Positions 42,558 to 51,689 of a stretch of 64,000 bases of DNA are shown here, one piece after another. The stretch is taken from contig CAWJIE010000002.1 in NCBI GenBank assembly GCA_963842885.1, forward strand, positions 222,020 to 286,019. The letters are read 5' to 3'. The position numbers and the translations under genes are program-made. The stretch is from an uncultured Nitrososphaerota archaeon (lineage in GTDB: Archaea; Thermoproteota; Nitrososphaeria; Conexivisphaerales; DTJL01). The notes beneath the pieces are model-generated. The model saw only the letters and a list, made by a program, of their open reading frames with translations. It searched no databases and had not been told where the DNA came from. The first letter of the stretch is position 1, and every line of letters begins with the position of its first letter.

Positions 42558-42619
42558 TCGAGGCAGACAAGATTGGTCGCGCTATAATAATCTGCTGGAA
42601 GTAACCTGCCGAAGCCCGT

Positions 42620-43408
42620 TCAGATGAGGAGGGCCTCGCGGCGGAGGCCTGCCAGCCTGTCGAAGGATTCGAGCGGGTCGTGAACGCTCTCCACGGTGAA
42701 CAGGAGCGAAGTGTTGAGGAAGAGCCTCTTGATTTCGCCGAAGTCCGTCGTCCCCTTCCCGATGGCCAGATGCTGGTCCCAGCTGCCTTCGTTGTCGTGG
42801 AGATGGAGCTCGGCCAGGTCCGATGACATGTCCCTGACGAATTCCTTCAGCGTCCCGGAGATGTTGGCGTGGCCGACATCCAGGAGCACGGGCAGCCTGG
42901 ACCCCGCCATGGAGAAGAACCTCCTGAAGTCGTCGGGCTTGATCAGGATGCCATTCTCATGGGGGATGTCGTTCTCCACGGCCATGTGCTGGCCAATCGA
43001 ACAGCTGTAGTCCCACACCTCCATGAGGGACTCGCAGTTGGTCTCGAAGGCAGCCTCCGGCGCGACCCCGGCATCGGCGGTGCCGGGATGGACGACGACG
43101 TTGAGCGCGTCGAACTTGGCCGCTCGCTCGAGGCTCCTTTCCACGGCGTCGATGGAGAGCCTCCGTTTCGCCGCATCCGAAGAGGCGACATTGATGTCCT
43201 CGTAGGGGGAGTGGACCGTGAACCTGAAACCCGTCTGGGCGAAGTCCGTAAGAACCTTGGTCGAGACGTTCGTCAGCCTTAGAGAGCCGTTGTCGACTAT
43301 CTCGAAATACCCAGCCTCCTCCGCGATGGGCTCGGTGAGGAGGGAGATGACGGAATCGAAACCCTTCTTCTGTATCACGAGGTAGAGGGTCGAAAGGCCG
43401 AGTGGCAC
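42620..43408 (-). CDS. Sugar-phosphate isomerase/AP endonuclease 2 TIM-barrel protein
   Basis: HSPY, VVHPG, VEN, LDVGHA, HLHDN..DQHL..G. Confidence 0.9.
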   Translation of the reverse strand: MPLGLSTLYLVIQKKGFDSVISLLTEPIAEEAGYFEIVDNGSLRLTNVSTKVLTDFAQTGFRFTVHSPYEDINVASSDAAKRRLSIDAVERSLERAAKFDALNVVVHPGTADAGVAPEAAFETNCESLMEVWDYSCSIGQHMAVENDIPHENGILIKPDDFRRFFSMAGSRLPVLLDVGHANISGTLKEFVRDMSSDLAELHLHDNEGSWDQHLAIGKGTTDFGEIKRLFLNTSLLFTVESVHDPLESFDRLAGLRREALLI

Positions 43409-43505
43409 GCCGCCGGCCTAGCGGCGACGCATCTTTAAAGCTTTGAAGCAAGTAGCAGACGGACGGAGAGCCTTCGACATGCGGAAGCTCCGGCTGTGAC
43501 CATCG

Positions 43506-44621
43506 TTGCCCGAGATATGGTTGCCGTATGGTCAGGTCGAGGTTGTGATCAACGCAAAGGCGGAGATTCTCAGCGAAGTCCTCGAGGCGCCCGGCCAGGG
43601 GCTCGCAGAGGAATCGCTCCAGGAGATGTTGAAGGCGGTCCCCAGAAAGAGCTTCGTCGTCCTCGACGGCTCCAACGTGGCCGTGGACCTGCTGAACAGG
43701 CTGGCTACCCTTTGGCAGGCGGCCCCGAAGGACATCTCCGTTCACGGAGGAGGGAGGTGGAGCCCTTCGGCCAGGAAGAGGCTGGCCCGCTACGGCTACT
43801 CCGTCTCGGCCGACAAGCCGACGGTGGAGCTGGGGGTGGTGGACGGCGTCCTGATCCGCTCCCTTCCCCATCTCAGGCAGGACGACTCTCTGGTGTTGGC
43901 CGAAGCCAGCTTCGACCCTGTCTACGGCACCCGAGGCGCGGCCGCCGTCATGGGCGAGTCCCTCGGGCTGGGCGTTGAGGCGGTGAAGAGGTGGAAGGGG
44001 GAGCCCGCCTCGGCCACGGAGACTGACCCGGGATGGTTCGCCGGGAGGCTGGCGGAGGAGCTGGGGAACCCCTTCTGCCTTGAATATGTCCGCTCGAAGA
44101 GGGGATTGGCCGCATTCAACATCGGGTCCTGCTCCGATGTCCATTCCAGGTCCGTCCAGCTGCTCACCGAATCCCGGCTCCTGTCGGCGGCCAAGAGCAG
44201 GCTGCTCGTGGTCTCCCCTGGGGGCGCCGACGCCGACTCGACGCTCCATTCTTCGCTGCTGGCGCTATGCAACCAAGCCGCGGCGGTGGGCGCCGACGCT
44301 GAAGTGATCCTCGTCGCCGAGGCCATGGAGGGACTGGGGAGCGAGGCCCTGCGGTCGCTCTGCGACATGAACGTCCGGCCTGAGAGCCTCGTCCACGTCG
44401 ACGGCTACGAAGACATAGCCATGCTGAAGTGGCTGAAGTCCAACATGAAGCTCCACGTGATTTCAACCCTTCCGCGGACCCTGGTGGAGAGGAGGTTGGG
44501 GCTTCTTCCTCACGCGTCGGCCAAGAACGCGTTCGAGGAGATAGAGTCTCGCCATGGCTGGAAGCTGAAGGCCACCATGGTCAGGGACGGCTCTTTGACG
44601 TCCGTGCGCGCCGCTCAGTAG
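43506..44621 (+). CDS. Degenerate LarA/DUF2088-like protein
   Basis: IWLPYG N-terminus, SPGG..D.TL, VAEAMEGLG. Confidence 0.7.
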   Translation: MPEIWLPYGQVEVVINAKAEILSEVLEAPGQGLAEESLQEMLKAVPRKSFVVLDGSNVAVDLLNRLATLWQAAPKDISVHGGGRWSPSARKRLARYGYSVSADKPTVELGVVDGVLIRSLPHLRQDDSLVLAEASFDPVYGTRGAAAVMGESLGLGVEAVKRWKGEPASATETDPGWFAGRLAEELGNPFCLEYVRSKRGLAAFNIGSCSDVHSRSVQLLTESRLLSAAKSRLLVVSPGGADADSTLHSSLLALCNQAAAVGADAEVILVAEAMEGLGSEALRSLCDMNVRPESLVHVDGYEDIAMLKWLKSNMKLHVISTLPRTLVERRLGLLPHASAKNAFEEIESRHGWKLKATMVRDGSLTSVRAAQ

Positions 44622-45727
44622 AGAGGCACGAGAGGCGGGTAGAGGAACAACAGGTAGACGACTGCAGCCAGGCCCATCAATGCGACGTAGACGTAGATGT
44701 TCCTGTTGGAGGGCTTAGATGCTTGGTCAAGGACGGGGATCTCCCTGGCACCCCACGAGACAGCGAGCATGAAGAGGGCCATCCAGAAACTGACGAAGAC
44801 GACGACGAAGAGGGAGGCCATGATCGCTATGGAGAGTTCCCTTGCGCTGAGGACGCTGGAGGCGGTGCGCCCTCCATCGAGGAGACGGCTGGGAACGATG
44901 TTGGCCAGGCTGATCAGAAAGCAGAACCAGCCCGCGTAGACGAGAGGGGAAAGCACGATTACGTCCTGCGATGCGGGGATTCAGGAAGGTCTGGACGAGG
45001 TACTGCAGGCCGAAGGGCACCTTCAGGGGGACCAGATTCAGGTTGGAGCCGAAGGCGATCGTGGCCGCCTGCTGTGTCAGCACGTGCGTGTCACCTAGGC
45101 CTACAGCTAAAGCGATGGCGGCGATGACCAATCCCGCGACGTTGGCCCAGATCCCCCACCAGAACTCCGAGTCACGGTTCACCGGAGGCTTGCCGGGGGA
45201 GAGGATGGTCCCAAACGTAGGGATGGTGGCGGGGAGTCCGGGGATGAAGTACGGGATGGTAGGGGGCTCTCCTCTGCGAAGCCTCTGGACGTAGAGCACT
45301 CCATACCGCGCCCCCAGGAAGGCCATCATGAAGCCGGCGTAGAGGACCGTGTCGATGAGGACGCCGGAGCGTGGAAGCGCGGCTGCGATGGCGGACGCCC
45401 TCAGCCATCCATCCGCCGACAACGGTGGCGACGGTGGCGAAGAACAGGATGATGGGCACGTAGACCTGACGTTTCGGGAGGCCCTTGGCCGATTCGACGT
45501 ATAGGACCAAGCCGCCGTCGGTGGAGCGGAGCAGGGGAAGGAGACCCTTGGGTTCTGAGGAACCGGACGAGTTCCTCGAACTTCTCCTTGTAGGAGTCGC
45601 CTTCCCCGAGGGAGAACTCGGCCGCATCAGATCCCTTGTAGTAGACATCCTTGACGTCGAACCTCTCCCTTACGAAACGCTCCACCTCCGAGATCTCGGC
45701 CAAGGACATGCGAAAAGGACTCGTCAC
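44615..45727 (-). CDS. M50/site-2 protease-like membrane protein (three +1 frameshifts; HExxH not evident)
   Basis: PYFIPG..TFG, SPLVYAGW, NIVP..LDGG. Confidence 0.75.
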
Positions 45728-45791
45728 TGCCCTGAGGCGATTAAGCTTTAAAGGTTAGTGCCCCAGACAGGAGGGTCGAAGGAACTGCGCC

Positions 45792-46289
45792 TTGTTGGAT
45801 GAAGTGATTCGCAGGGTAGGTGACTATACGTTGAGGAGGTGCTCGGCGGCGGAGATACCCTCCGTCGTACTGGTGAACGAAAAGACGCTTCCCGAGCATT
45901 ACTCCGACGTCTTCTACTATGACCTCCTTGACAGCTTCCCGGAGGGCTTCCTCGTCGCTGAGACGGCGGGGACCGTAGTGGGTTATCTGATGCTCAGGGT
46001 GGAGTTCGGCTTCTCCAACATCAAGGGGTTCAGCCTGACGAAGAAGGCCCACGTCGTCTCGGTCGCCGTGCTCAAGGAGCATCAGAGGAAGGGGCTGGGG
46101 TGGGCGCTGATGGAGGAGGGTCACAGGGCGGGGGCCGCGAAGGGCTGCAAGGAGGTCTTCCTCGAAGTCAGGGTAGGCAACACGCCCGCCATCGACCTGT
46201 ACAAGAAGATGGGTTATTCAACGGCGCAGAGGCTCTACTCCTACTACAGGGACGGGGAGGACGCCTTCCTCATGTCCAAGGGATTATAG
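45792..46289 (+). CDS. rimI: N-alpha-acetyltransferase Ard1/RimI
   Basis: LPEHY, HVVSVAV..RKGLG, LEVRVGN, YYRDGEDA. Confidence 0.93.
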   Translation: MLDEVIRRVGDYTLRRCSAAEIPSVVLVNEKTLPEHYSDVFYYDLLDSFPEGFLVAETAGTVVGYLMLRVEFGFSNIKGFSLTKKAHVVSVAVLKEHQRKGLGWALMEEGHRAGAAKGCKEVFLEVRVGNTPAIDLYKKMGYSTAQRLYSYYRDGEDAFLMSKGL

Positions 46290-46296
46290 ACCGGGC

Positions 46297-47952
46297 TTGG
46301 AAGCGACGAATCCGGATTCCTTCAGGGCCTTTTCGGACGCCTTGGAGCGAGTCAGGGGGACCTCCAGCAAGAACGCGAAGATCGAAGCCCTGGGCGAATA
46401 CTTCAGGACGCTCTCGGGGCCATCTCTGGGGTCGGTGGCGCGTTTCCTGGTGGGCAAGGAGGTGTCTCAGGGCGACATCGGCGTCGGCTGGAGGCTCGTC
46501 CTCGACGCGCTGGGGGACGTCGTGAGCGTCAGCGGCGAGGACCTTTCGCAGGGATACCTCAGGCACGGCGACCTGGGCAGCGTCGCAGAGGAGCTCTTCG
46601 CGAAGGGTCGGAGGGCTTCGTCGCTGACCCACGAGGCGCTCACGATATCCAGGATAGCACGGGCCTTCGACGACATGGCGGCGTCAAGGGGGAGCGGCAG
46701 CGCCCTGAACAAGAGGAGGATACTGGTGGGGCTCCTGATGGACGCGGAGCCCGTCGAGGCCAAGTACCTGATAAGGATAATCACCAACGAGCTCAGGGTG
46801 GGGGCGACCGGGGGACTCGTGGAGGGGTCGCTCGCCAGGGCGTTCGGGGCGGACCCGGAGGCTGTCCGCAACGCCCTCCTGGTCACCGGCGACGTCGGCG
46901 AGGTGGCCGAGCTCATGTCCAGCGGAAGGATGGACGACGCCCGCCCGAGGCTCTTCAGGCCGGTGGCCTTCATGCTGGCGGAGCCGAAGGCCAGCGCTCG
47001 GGAGATAGCAGACCACTTCAGGAAGGAGGTCTGCGCCGAGATGAAGTATGACGGAATCAGGCTGCAGGCGCACGTCGGGGCCGAGGTCAGGCTCTTCTCT
47101 CGGCGGATGGAGGACGTCACCTCCACCATGCCAGAGATCAGGGACTCCCTGGTAGGCCTGGGCCACGAAGCCATCCTCGACGGGGAGGCGCTGGGCTTCG
47201 ACGGGGAGAAGCCGATACCCTTCGTGAAGATGCAGACGAGGCTGCACCGGAAGGACATCACCCCGGAGGAGCGGGAGAGGACCCCCATATTCTACTTCGT
47301 CTTCGACCTCCTTTACCTGGACGGCAGGTCCCTCCTGGACGAGAGCCTGGAGAGGAGGCGCGAAGCCCTTCAGGGGCTGAGCCTCTCGGGAAGGGCGAGG
47401 ATCGCCCCCCAGAGCAGGGCGACCACCGCCGAGGAGCTGCAGAGCCTGTTCACTGAAAGCAGGCGAAACGGTTACGAAGGCCTGATGGCGAAGGACCCTT
47501 CGTCCCCCTACACCCCGGGGAGGCGGGGAGGGCTTTGGGTGAAGCTCAAGGAGGAGCTGGACACGCTCGACACCGTCGTGGTCGCGGCGGAGTGGGGGAA
47601 CGGCAAGAGGGCCGGCCTGCTGTCGGACTACACGTTCGCCGTCTGGGACGGGGGCGAACTGCGGGTGATAGGGAAGGCGTACTCGGGCCTGACGGACGAG
47701 GAGATAGGGTTCATGACCGGGAGGATGAAGGAGCTGGCCGTAAGGTGGGAGGGCCAAAGATGCATCGTCAAACCCGAGGTGGTCCTCGAGGTGACCTTCG
47801 ACTCCATCCAGATGAGCGACAGGCACGACAGCGGGTTCGCCCTGCGGTTTCCCAGGATCAAGAACATACGGCTGGACAAGTCGCCCGACCAGGCCGACAC
47901 GCTGGAGAGGGTCAGGGCGATCATACGAAGGGCAGCGAGTGAAGTGACCTAG
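46297..47952 (+). CDS. lig: ATP-dependent DNA ligase
   Basis: KYDGIR, LDGE, FDLLY, EGLMAK, WVKLK, LRFPRI. Confidence 0.95.
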   Translation: MEATNPDSFRAFSDALERVRGTSSKNAKIEALGEYFRTLSGPSLGSVARFLVGKEVSQGDIGVGWRLVLDALGDVVSVSGEDLSQGYLRHGDLGSVAEELFAKGRRASSLTHEALTISRIARAFDDMAASRGSGSALNKRRILVGLLMDAEPVEAKYLIRIITNELRVGATGGLVEGSLARAFGADPEAVRNALLVTGDVGEVAELMSSGRMDDARPRLFRPVAFMLAEPKASAREIADHFRKEVCAEMKYDGIRLQAHVGAEVRLFSRRMEDVTSTMPEIRDSLVGLGHEAILDGEALGFDGEKPIPFVKMQTRLHRKDITPEERERTPIFYFVFDLLYLDGRSLLDESLERRREALQGLSLSGRARIAPQSRATTAEELQSLFTESRRNGYEGLMAKDPSSPYTPGRRGGLWVKLKEELDTLDTVVVAAEWGNGKRAGLLSDYTFAVWDGGELRVIGKAYSGLTDEEIGFMTGRMKELAVRWEGQRCIVKPEVVLEVTFDSIQMSDRHDSGFALRFPRIKNIRLDKSPDQADTLERVRAIIRRAASEVT

Positions 47953-48439
47953 GCTCAGCCGCGCGTTGAGTAATGGTCTCTCAACTCGACCGCCAGCCCC
48001 TCGATGAACCTCAAGGATGTAGCGTGGTAGTACTGCCGGGTGTAGATGACCACGAAGTTGGCCCTGCTCCATCCGAGGCTTCTTCGCCTCGTTGGTGATT
48101 TTGTCCGGAAGCTTTGCTCCAATATTCATACATGCTCGTACATGATTACAGTACGAATACGTATTAAATGACCCATATCGGCCCGCTGACGATGAGCTAA
48201 CTAAGTGTCTTCCGGGGCACCATTCATACAGGCTTTGTACGAATGGTCATACCGATTCGAGGCATGTCATCTTCCACGCCGCCTCCTGGAGCGCCCTCTC
48301 CTAGGTGACCCAAAGGGATGCCCTTTCGCTCTCCGGCTTCTCCTAGAAGAGCGGGAGTCAGATGAGCCAGCAGTGACTCCCGAGCATCCTTATCTACGGG
48401 TCGGGGTTCCCTGTCACAAGTCGGAGAAGGGAAACTGGG

Positions 48440-49030
48440 TTGTACGCGGAGATCCTGGCCTCCATCACGTTCGCGCTCGTCGCCTATCAGGACTTCAGGG
48501 AGAGGATGGTCTCCGACTACGTCTGGATACCCGCCATATTGGCCGGTGTCGTCATGCTCTGGGAGAGGCCCGAAGTCTGGGTCTTCTCGCTGGCCAAGGT
48601 GGGCATCTTCGGGGCGCTGGGCGCGCTTTCGATATTGCTCGGCCTGTTCGGCCAGGCCGACGGCCTGACCATCATAGCCATGGCCGTGGGGACCTCGGTG
48701 TACTCCCCCATCCCCCAGATGTTCGCCGCCGCCGTGGTGGCCATCGCACACATACTCTACCTCGCCATCAGGCACGGCTCGCTCAAGATTGAGAAGACGA
48801 TGCCGGTAGAGGAGGCCGTTAAGCAGAACGTCTGGATCCCGCTGGAGGTGACCTGCGACGGCAAGACGGTGGAGCTGGACAGCTCCCCCGAGAAGGCCTG
48901 GGATGCCCTAAAGGACTACCTGGGGAAGGGCGCGACTGTAAAAGCGTCGTACGGAGTGCCTTTCGCGGGCTACCTGGCCGTAGGCTACTTGGTGGCCTTC
49001 GCCGTGCTGCTGGTGCTGGGGCTCGTCTAG
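48440..49030 (+). CDS. A24 prepilin/preflagellin peptidase-like membrane protein
   Basis: YQDFRERMV.D, FGQAD, C-terminal ASYGVPF. Confidence 0.75.
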   Translation: MYAEILASITFALVAYQDFRERMVSDYVWIPAILAGVVMLWERPEVWVFSLAKVGIFGALGALSILLGLFGQADGLTIIAMAVGTSVYSPIPQMFAAAVVAIAHILYLAIRHGSLKIEKTMPVEEAVKQNVWIPLEVTCDGKTVELDSSPEKAWDALKDYLGKGATVKASYGVPFAGYLAVGYLVAFAVLLVLGLV

Positions 49031-49251
49031 CTCTTCTGCGTATAGCTCCACGCGATGAGGATGGCCAGGGATATCAGGGAGGTCGCCAGGCCCACTATGG
49101 CCGCGTTGGCCAGCTGTTTGTCGCCGAATAGCGTATAGAGGGCATTCATTATCCCCTGGAAGATGCTGGTCTTCTCCATGAGCAGGTACCCAAGGAATCC
49201 GATGGCATATCCCAGAATCCAGAAGCCGAACAGAATTGTAGTTCTTCCCAC
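49027..49251 (-). CDS. Small membrane protein
   Basis: 74 aa with two TM helices; TATA-like element upstream. Confidence 0.65.
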   Translation of the reverse strand: MGRTTILFGFWILGYAIGFLGYLLMEKTSIFQGIMNALYTLFGDKQLANAAIVGLATSLISLAILIAWSYTQKS

Positions 49252-49340
49252 GATTTCTTCGCCTCGATGGGCCTTGTTTTAGCTGTGCATATTTAGTGTC
49301 TACAGAGCAAAAACAGTTGATTTGTCGGTCAAAGCCTGTG

Positions 49341-49348
49341 CCGAGCTA
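49341..49348 (+). repeat. Left copy of 8-bp target-site duplication CCGAGCTA
   Basis: Identical to 50614-50621 and abuts the left TIR. Confidence 0.8.
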
Positions 49349-49373
49349 GATACTGCAAAGTTATCGGTTGATG
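49349..49373 (+). repeat. Left terminal inverted repeat GATACTGCAAAGTTATCGGTTGATG
   Basis: 19/25 ungapped identity to the reverse complement of 50589-50613. Confidence 0.8.
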
Positions 49374-49410
49374 TGGGTTCTTAATAGCATGTCCGTGGAA
49401 CATCTTTGGG

Positions 49411-50601
49411 TTGCTGGCTCGGAAGGCGGTGAGGCAGTCACACATTCCATCTGCGGAGGTCCTCGCCCTTATGCGGTCGTTCAAAGAAATGACGAACGAG
49501 TGCATCCGCATAGGCCTGGCCAACGATGCTTCGACCCTCAGGCGGCTGAGCGTCCTTTCATATCACGCTCTTGCAAGGTTCCGCGTCCCCTCATATTACA
49601 AGCTGTGCGCGATATCAAGGGCCGCTGGCATACTGGCGTCAAGGAAGAAGTCAATCAGGAGGGAGTATCCGACCAAGTCGCCATTCCTGATGAGGCCGAT
49701 ACTGACCTCCTGCTATGGCTTCAAAACTGTCGATGGTGCCCTCAGCATACCAGTTGGATGCGGCCAGCATCAAGAGATATCGCTGAACAGGCATACATTG
49801 GGGGTCCTGTCCGACCCGACTCTGAAAGTGAGGTCCTTCACGCTGACGGAGGCGTCTCTGTCAATCTCCTACTCGAAGGAGGTGGAGGAGGTGAAGGGCA
49901 TAGCGGGCGCAGTCGGCGTGGACAGGAACCTGCGCAACCTCACGGTCGGTGACGAGCGAAGCGTGACCTACTATGGAGTTGCGAAGGCCGTGGACATAGC
50001 GGAGATTGCCAAGAGTGTTGTCAGGTCGTTCAGAAGGAACGACGTCAGGGTTCGGAAGATGATAGCCTCGAAGTACGGGAGGAGGAGGCGCAATCGCATC
50101 CAAAACATCCTTCACAGGGTCTCGAAGATGGTCGTAGCCGGCGCCGTGAAGGAGAGGCAAGCGATAACCTTCGAAGACATCCGAGATATCCGGAGGCTCT
50201 ACCAGAGGGGAAACCTGCAGGGGAGAGGCTACAGAGGGATGATGAACAGCTGGTCCGTCGCTGAAATCAAGAGACAGATCGAGTACAAAGCTACATGGGC
50301 CGGCATACCCGTTTTACATCTAACGAAGGCTGAGACCAGAGGGACGTCGTCGAGCTGCTACCGATGCGGGGAGAGACTCCAAGGGGCAGTGAGGGAGGAC
50401 GTCCAGCACGACAGACAGCTCTGGTGTCCGAAGTGCGAGATGTGGCTCGACAGAGACCTTGTCGCGGTCATGAACATATCGCGCAAAGGGTGGGTGAGGT
50501 TCGCCCATTCAAAAGGCGAGGCAGTTGAAGCTATGAGGGGGAACCAGACGATGCCTGTAATCCTCAGAGTCGATGTCTCGAAGGGGAGCGTCAACCGATG
50601 A
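49411..50601 (+). CDS. tnpB: RNA-guided endonuclease TnpB (Cas12f-like size, 396 aa)
   Basis: RuvC-I AVGVDRN, RuvC-II ITFEDI, Zn finger CYRC...CPKC, RuvC-III DRDLVAVMNI; TTG start about 25-30 bp after CTTAATA. Confidence 0.95.
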   Translation: MLARKAVRQSHIPSAEVLALMRSFKEMTNECIRIGLANDASTLRRLSVLSYHALARFRVPSYYKLCAISRAAGILASRKKSIRREYPTKSPFLMRPILTSCYGFKTVDGALSIPVGCGQHQEISLNRHTLGVLSDPTLKVRSFTLTEASLSISYSKEVEEVKGIAGAVGVDRNLRNLTVGDERSVTYYGVAKAVDIAEIAKSVVRSFRRNDVRVRKMIASKYGRRRRNRIQNILHRVSKMVVAGAVKERQAITFEDIRDIRRLYQRGNLQGRGYRGMMNSWSVAEIKRQIEYKATWAGIPVLHLTKAETRGTSSSCYRCGERLQGAVREDVQHDRQLWCPKCEMWLDRDLVAVMNISRKGWVRFAHSKGEAVEAMRGNQTMPVILRVDVSKGSVNR

Positions 50602-50613
50602 CTTCCCAGAACC
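50589..50613 (-). repeat. Right terminal inverted repeat (reverse complement GGTTCTGGGAAGTCATCGGTTGACG)
   Basis: Pairs with the left TIR; contains the tnpB stop codon. Confidence 0.8.
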
Positions 50614-50621
50614 CCGAGCTA
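50614..50621 (+). repeat. Right copy of 8-bp target-site duplication CCGAGCTA
   Basis: Identical to 49341-49348; includes the TAG stop of the neighbouring minus-strand gene. Confidence 0.8.
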
Positions 50622-51689
50622 TATCCACGAAGGGAGGCTGGTGTCGTTCGCCCTGAACAGGTAGACGGATGTGCTCCAGCCCGTCTGCACAACCACCTGG
50701 TAGGTCGCGTTGTAGGCCAGCGGGAGGTCACTGACGAAGTTGAGAGTCTCGGATGTGGCGCCGTAGTAGACGGTGGCGTTCTCAACGTAGCCGTTCAGTG
50801 TCGTCGAGAGCCCGAAGAGGTTGGATGGAAGGAGGGTGGACTTGCTGAGCGAGACGGAGACCGTCGAACGCGCGACGTTGTAGAAGGCCACGTTGTCAAA
50901 ATGCGCGTCGGCGTTATCAGGGGCAATCCGGAACCCAAAATATGAAGTGGTGTCGTTGGCGACAATCGGCTCATCCACGACGTAGACGGGATCGCCCGGA
51001 TTGTAGAGCGTGCTCGAGTTGGCAAGGAGGTACGCCTCTATCAGCCTGTCGACCCGGGGTGTCCCGAGCTGCAGCTCGTAGTTGGTCCAGGAGTTCATCG
51101 CCCTGACTCCGCGCAACATTATGATCCCCGCGGAGGCGGTGGACTTGTCGCAGATGGATTCATTGTAGTCGGAGTCCGTGCACATGGAGTAGTTGCCCAG
51201 CACCATCGTCAGCGGGAAGGTTTCGTTCCCCGCGGGGTACCACAGGAAGAGGGTGACCCAGACGGAACTTGTTCCCACATTGACGACGTTGCCCGTGAAG
51301 AAGAGGTCAAAGCCGAACGCTATGGAGTTGTTTATCAGAAGCGGAAGGACCCTGGAGGTGCTGTCGTTGTACCACACAAAGGCGCTCTGCCCAGGGTCGT
51401 GGATGTAGAGCGACCTGTCTCCCGAGGCCGCGCCACCGCTCACTATCACGGCGACGCCCGAGCCTGATTCGGCGATGGCCCAGGAGTTGTCGATCAGCTC
51501 GAAGCCCCCGTTGGGCGTGATGGGCGTGAACGTGTTCGGAGCGAAGGTGACCTTCTCGATGGTGAACGGAAAGGCAAGGGGCCCCCCGAACAGGGCGACG
51601 ACCACGACGCCAACGACGAGCAGCCCCACGAGCAGGAGCCTGAATCGCTTAGTGCTCATCCTGGGTTTCTGCGGGGAGACCTTGGACAT
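50619..51689 (-). CDS. Hypothetical membrane-anchored extracellular (glyco)protein
   Basis: Basic N-terminus plus TM helix; many sequons. Confidence 0.75.
   Translation of the reverse strand: MSKVSPQKPRMSTKRFRLLLVGLLVVGVVVVALFGGPLAFPFTIEKVTFAPNTFTPITPNGGFELIDNSWAIAESGSGVAVIVSGGAASGDRSLYIHDPGQSAFVWYNDSTSRVLPLLINNSIAFGFDLFFTGNVVNVGTSSVWVTLFLWYPAGNETFPLTMVLGNYSMCTDSDYNESICDKSTASAGIIMLRGVRAMNSWTNYELQLGTPRVDRLIEAYLLANSSTLYNPGDPVYVVDEPIVANDTTSYFGFRIAPDNADAHFDNVAFYNVARSTVSVSLSKSTLLPSNLFGLSTTLNGYVENATVYYGATSETLNFVSDLPLAYNATYQVVVQTGWSTSVYLFRANDTSLPSWI

Larger units (their letters stand above)
49349..50613 (+). mobile_element. Non-autonomous TIR/TSD-bounded element carrying only tnpB (1,265 bp)
   Basis: 25-bp imperfect TIRs, 8-bp direct repeat, single tnpB ORF, no transposase in the window. 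Confidence 0.8.
50490..50633 (+). ncRNA. Putative omega/reRNA (scaffold overlapping the tnpB 3' end and right TIR; guide from 50614)
   Basis: Inferred from known TnpB locus geometry; boundaries approximate. Confidence 0.5.

Noticed and set aside
36779-48129. Long alternative-frame or antisense ORFs (e.g. 36779-38428, 42957-44249, 46684-48129)
   Set aside because: They are Arg/Gly/Pro-rich shadows of well-supported genes, typical of high-GC codon usage.
49316-49372. TTGAT motifs upstream of tnpB as an ISDra2-type TAM/left end
   Set aside because: One copy lies inside the left TIR and the other outside the TSD. The TIR-plus-TSD boundaries explain the ends better, and no convincing subterminal hairpin is seen.
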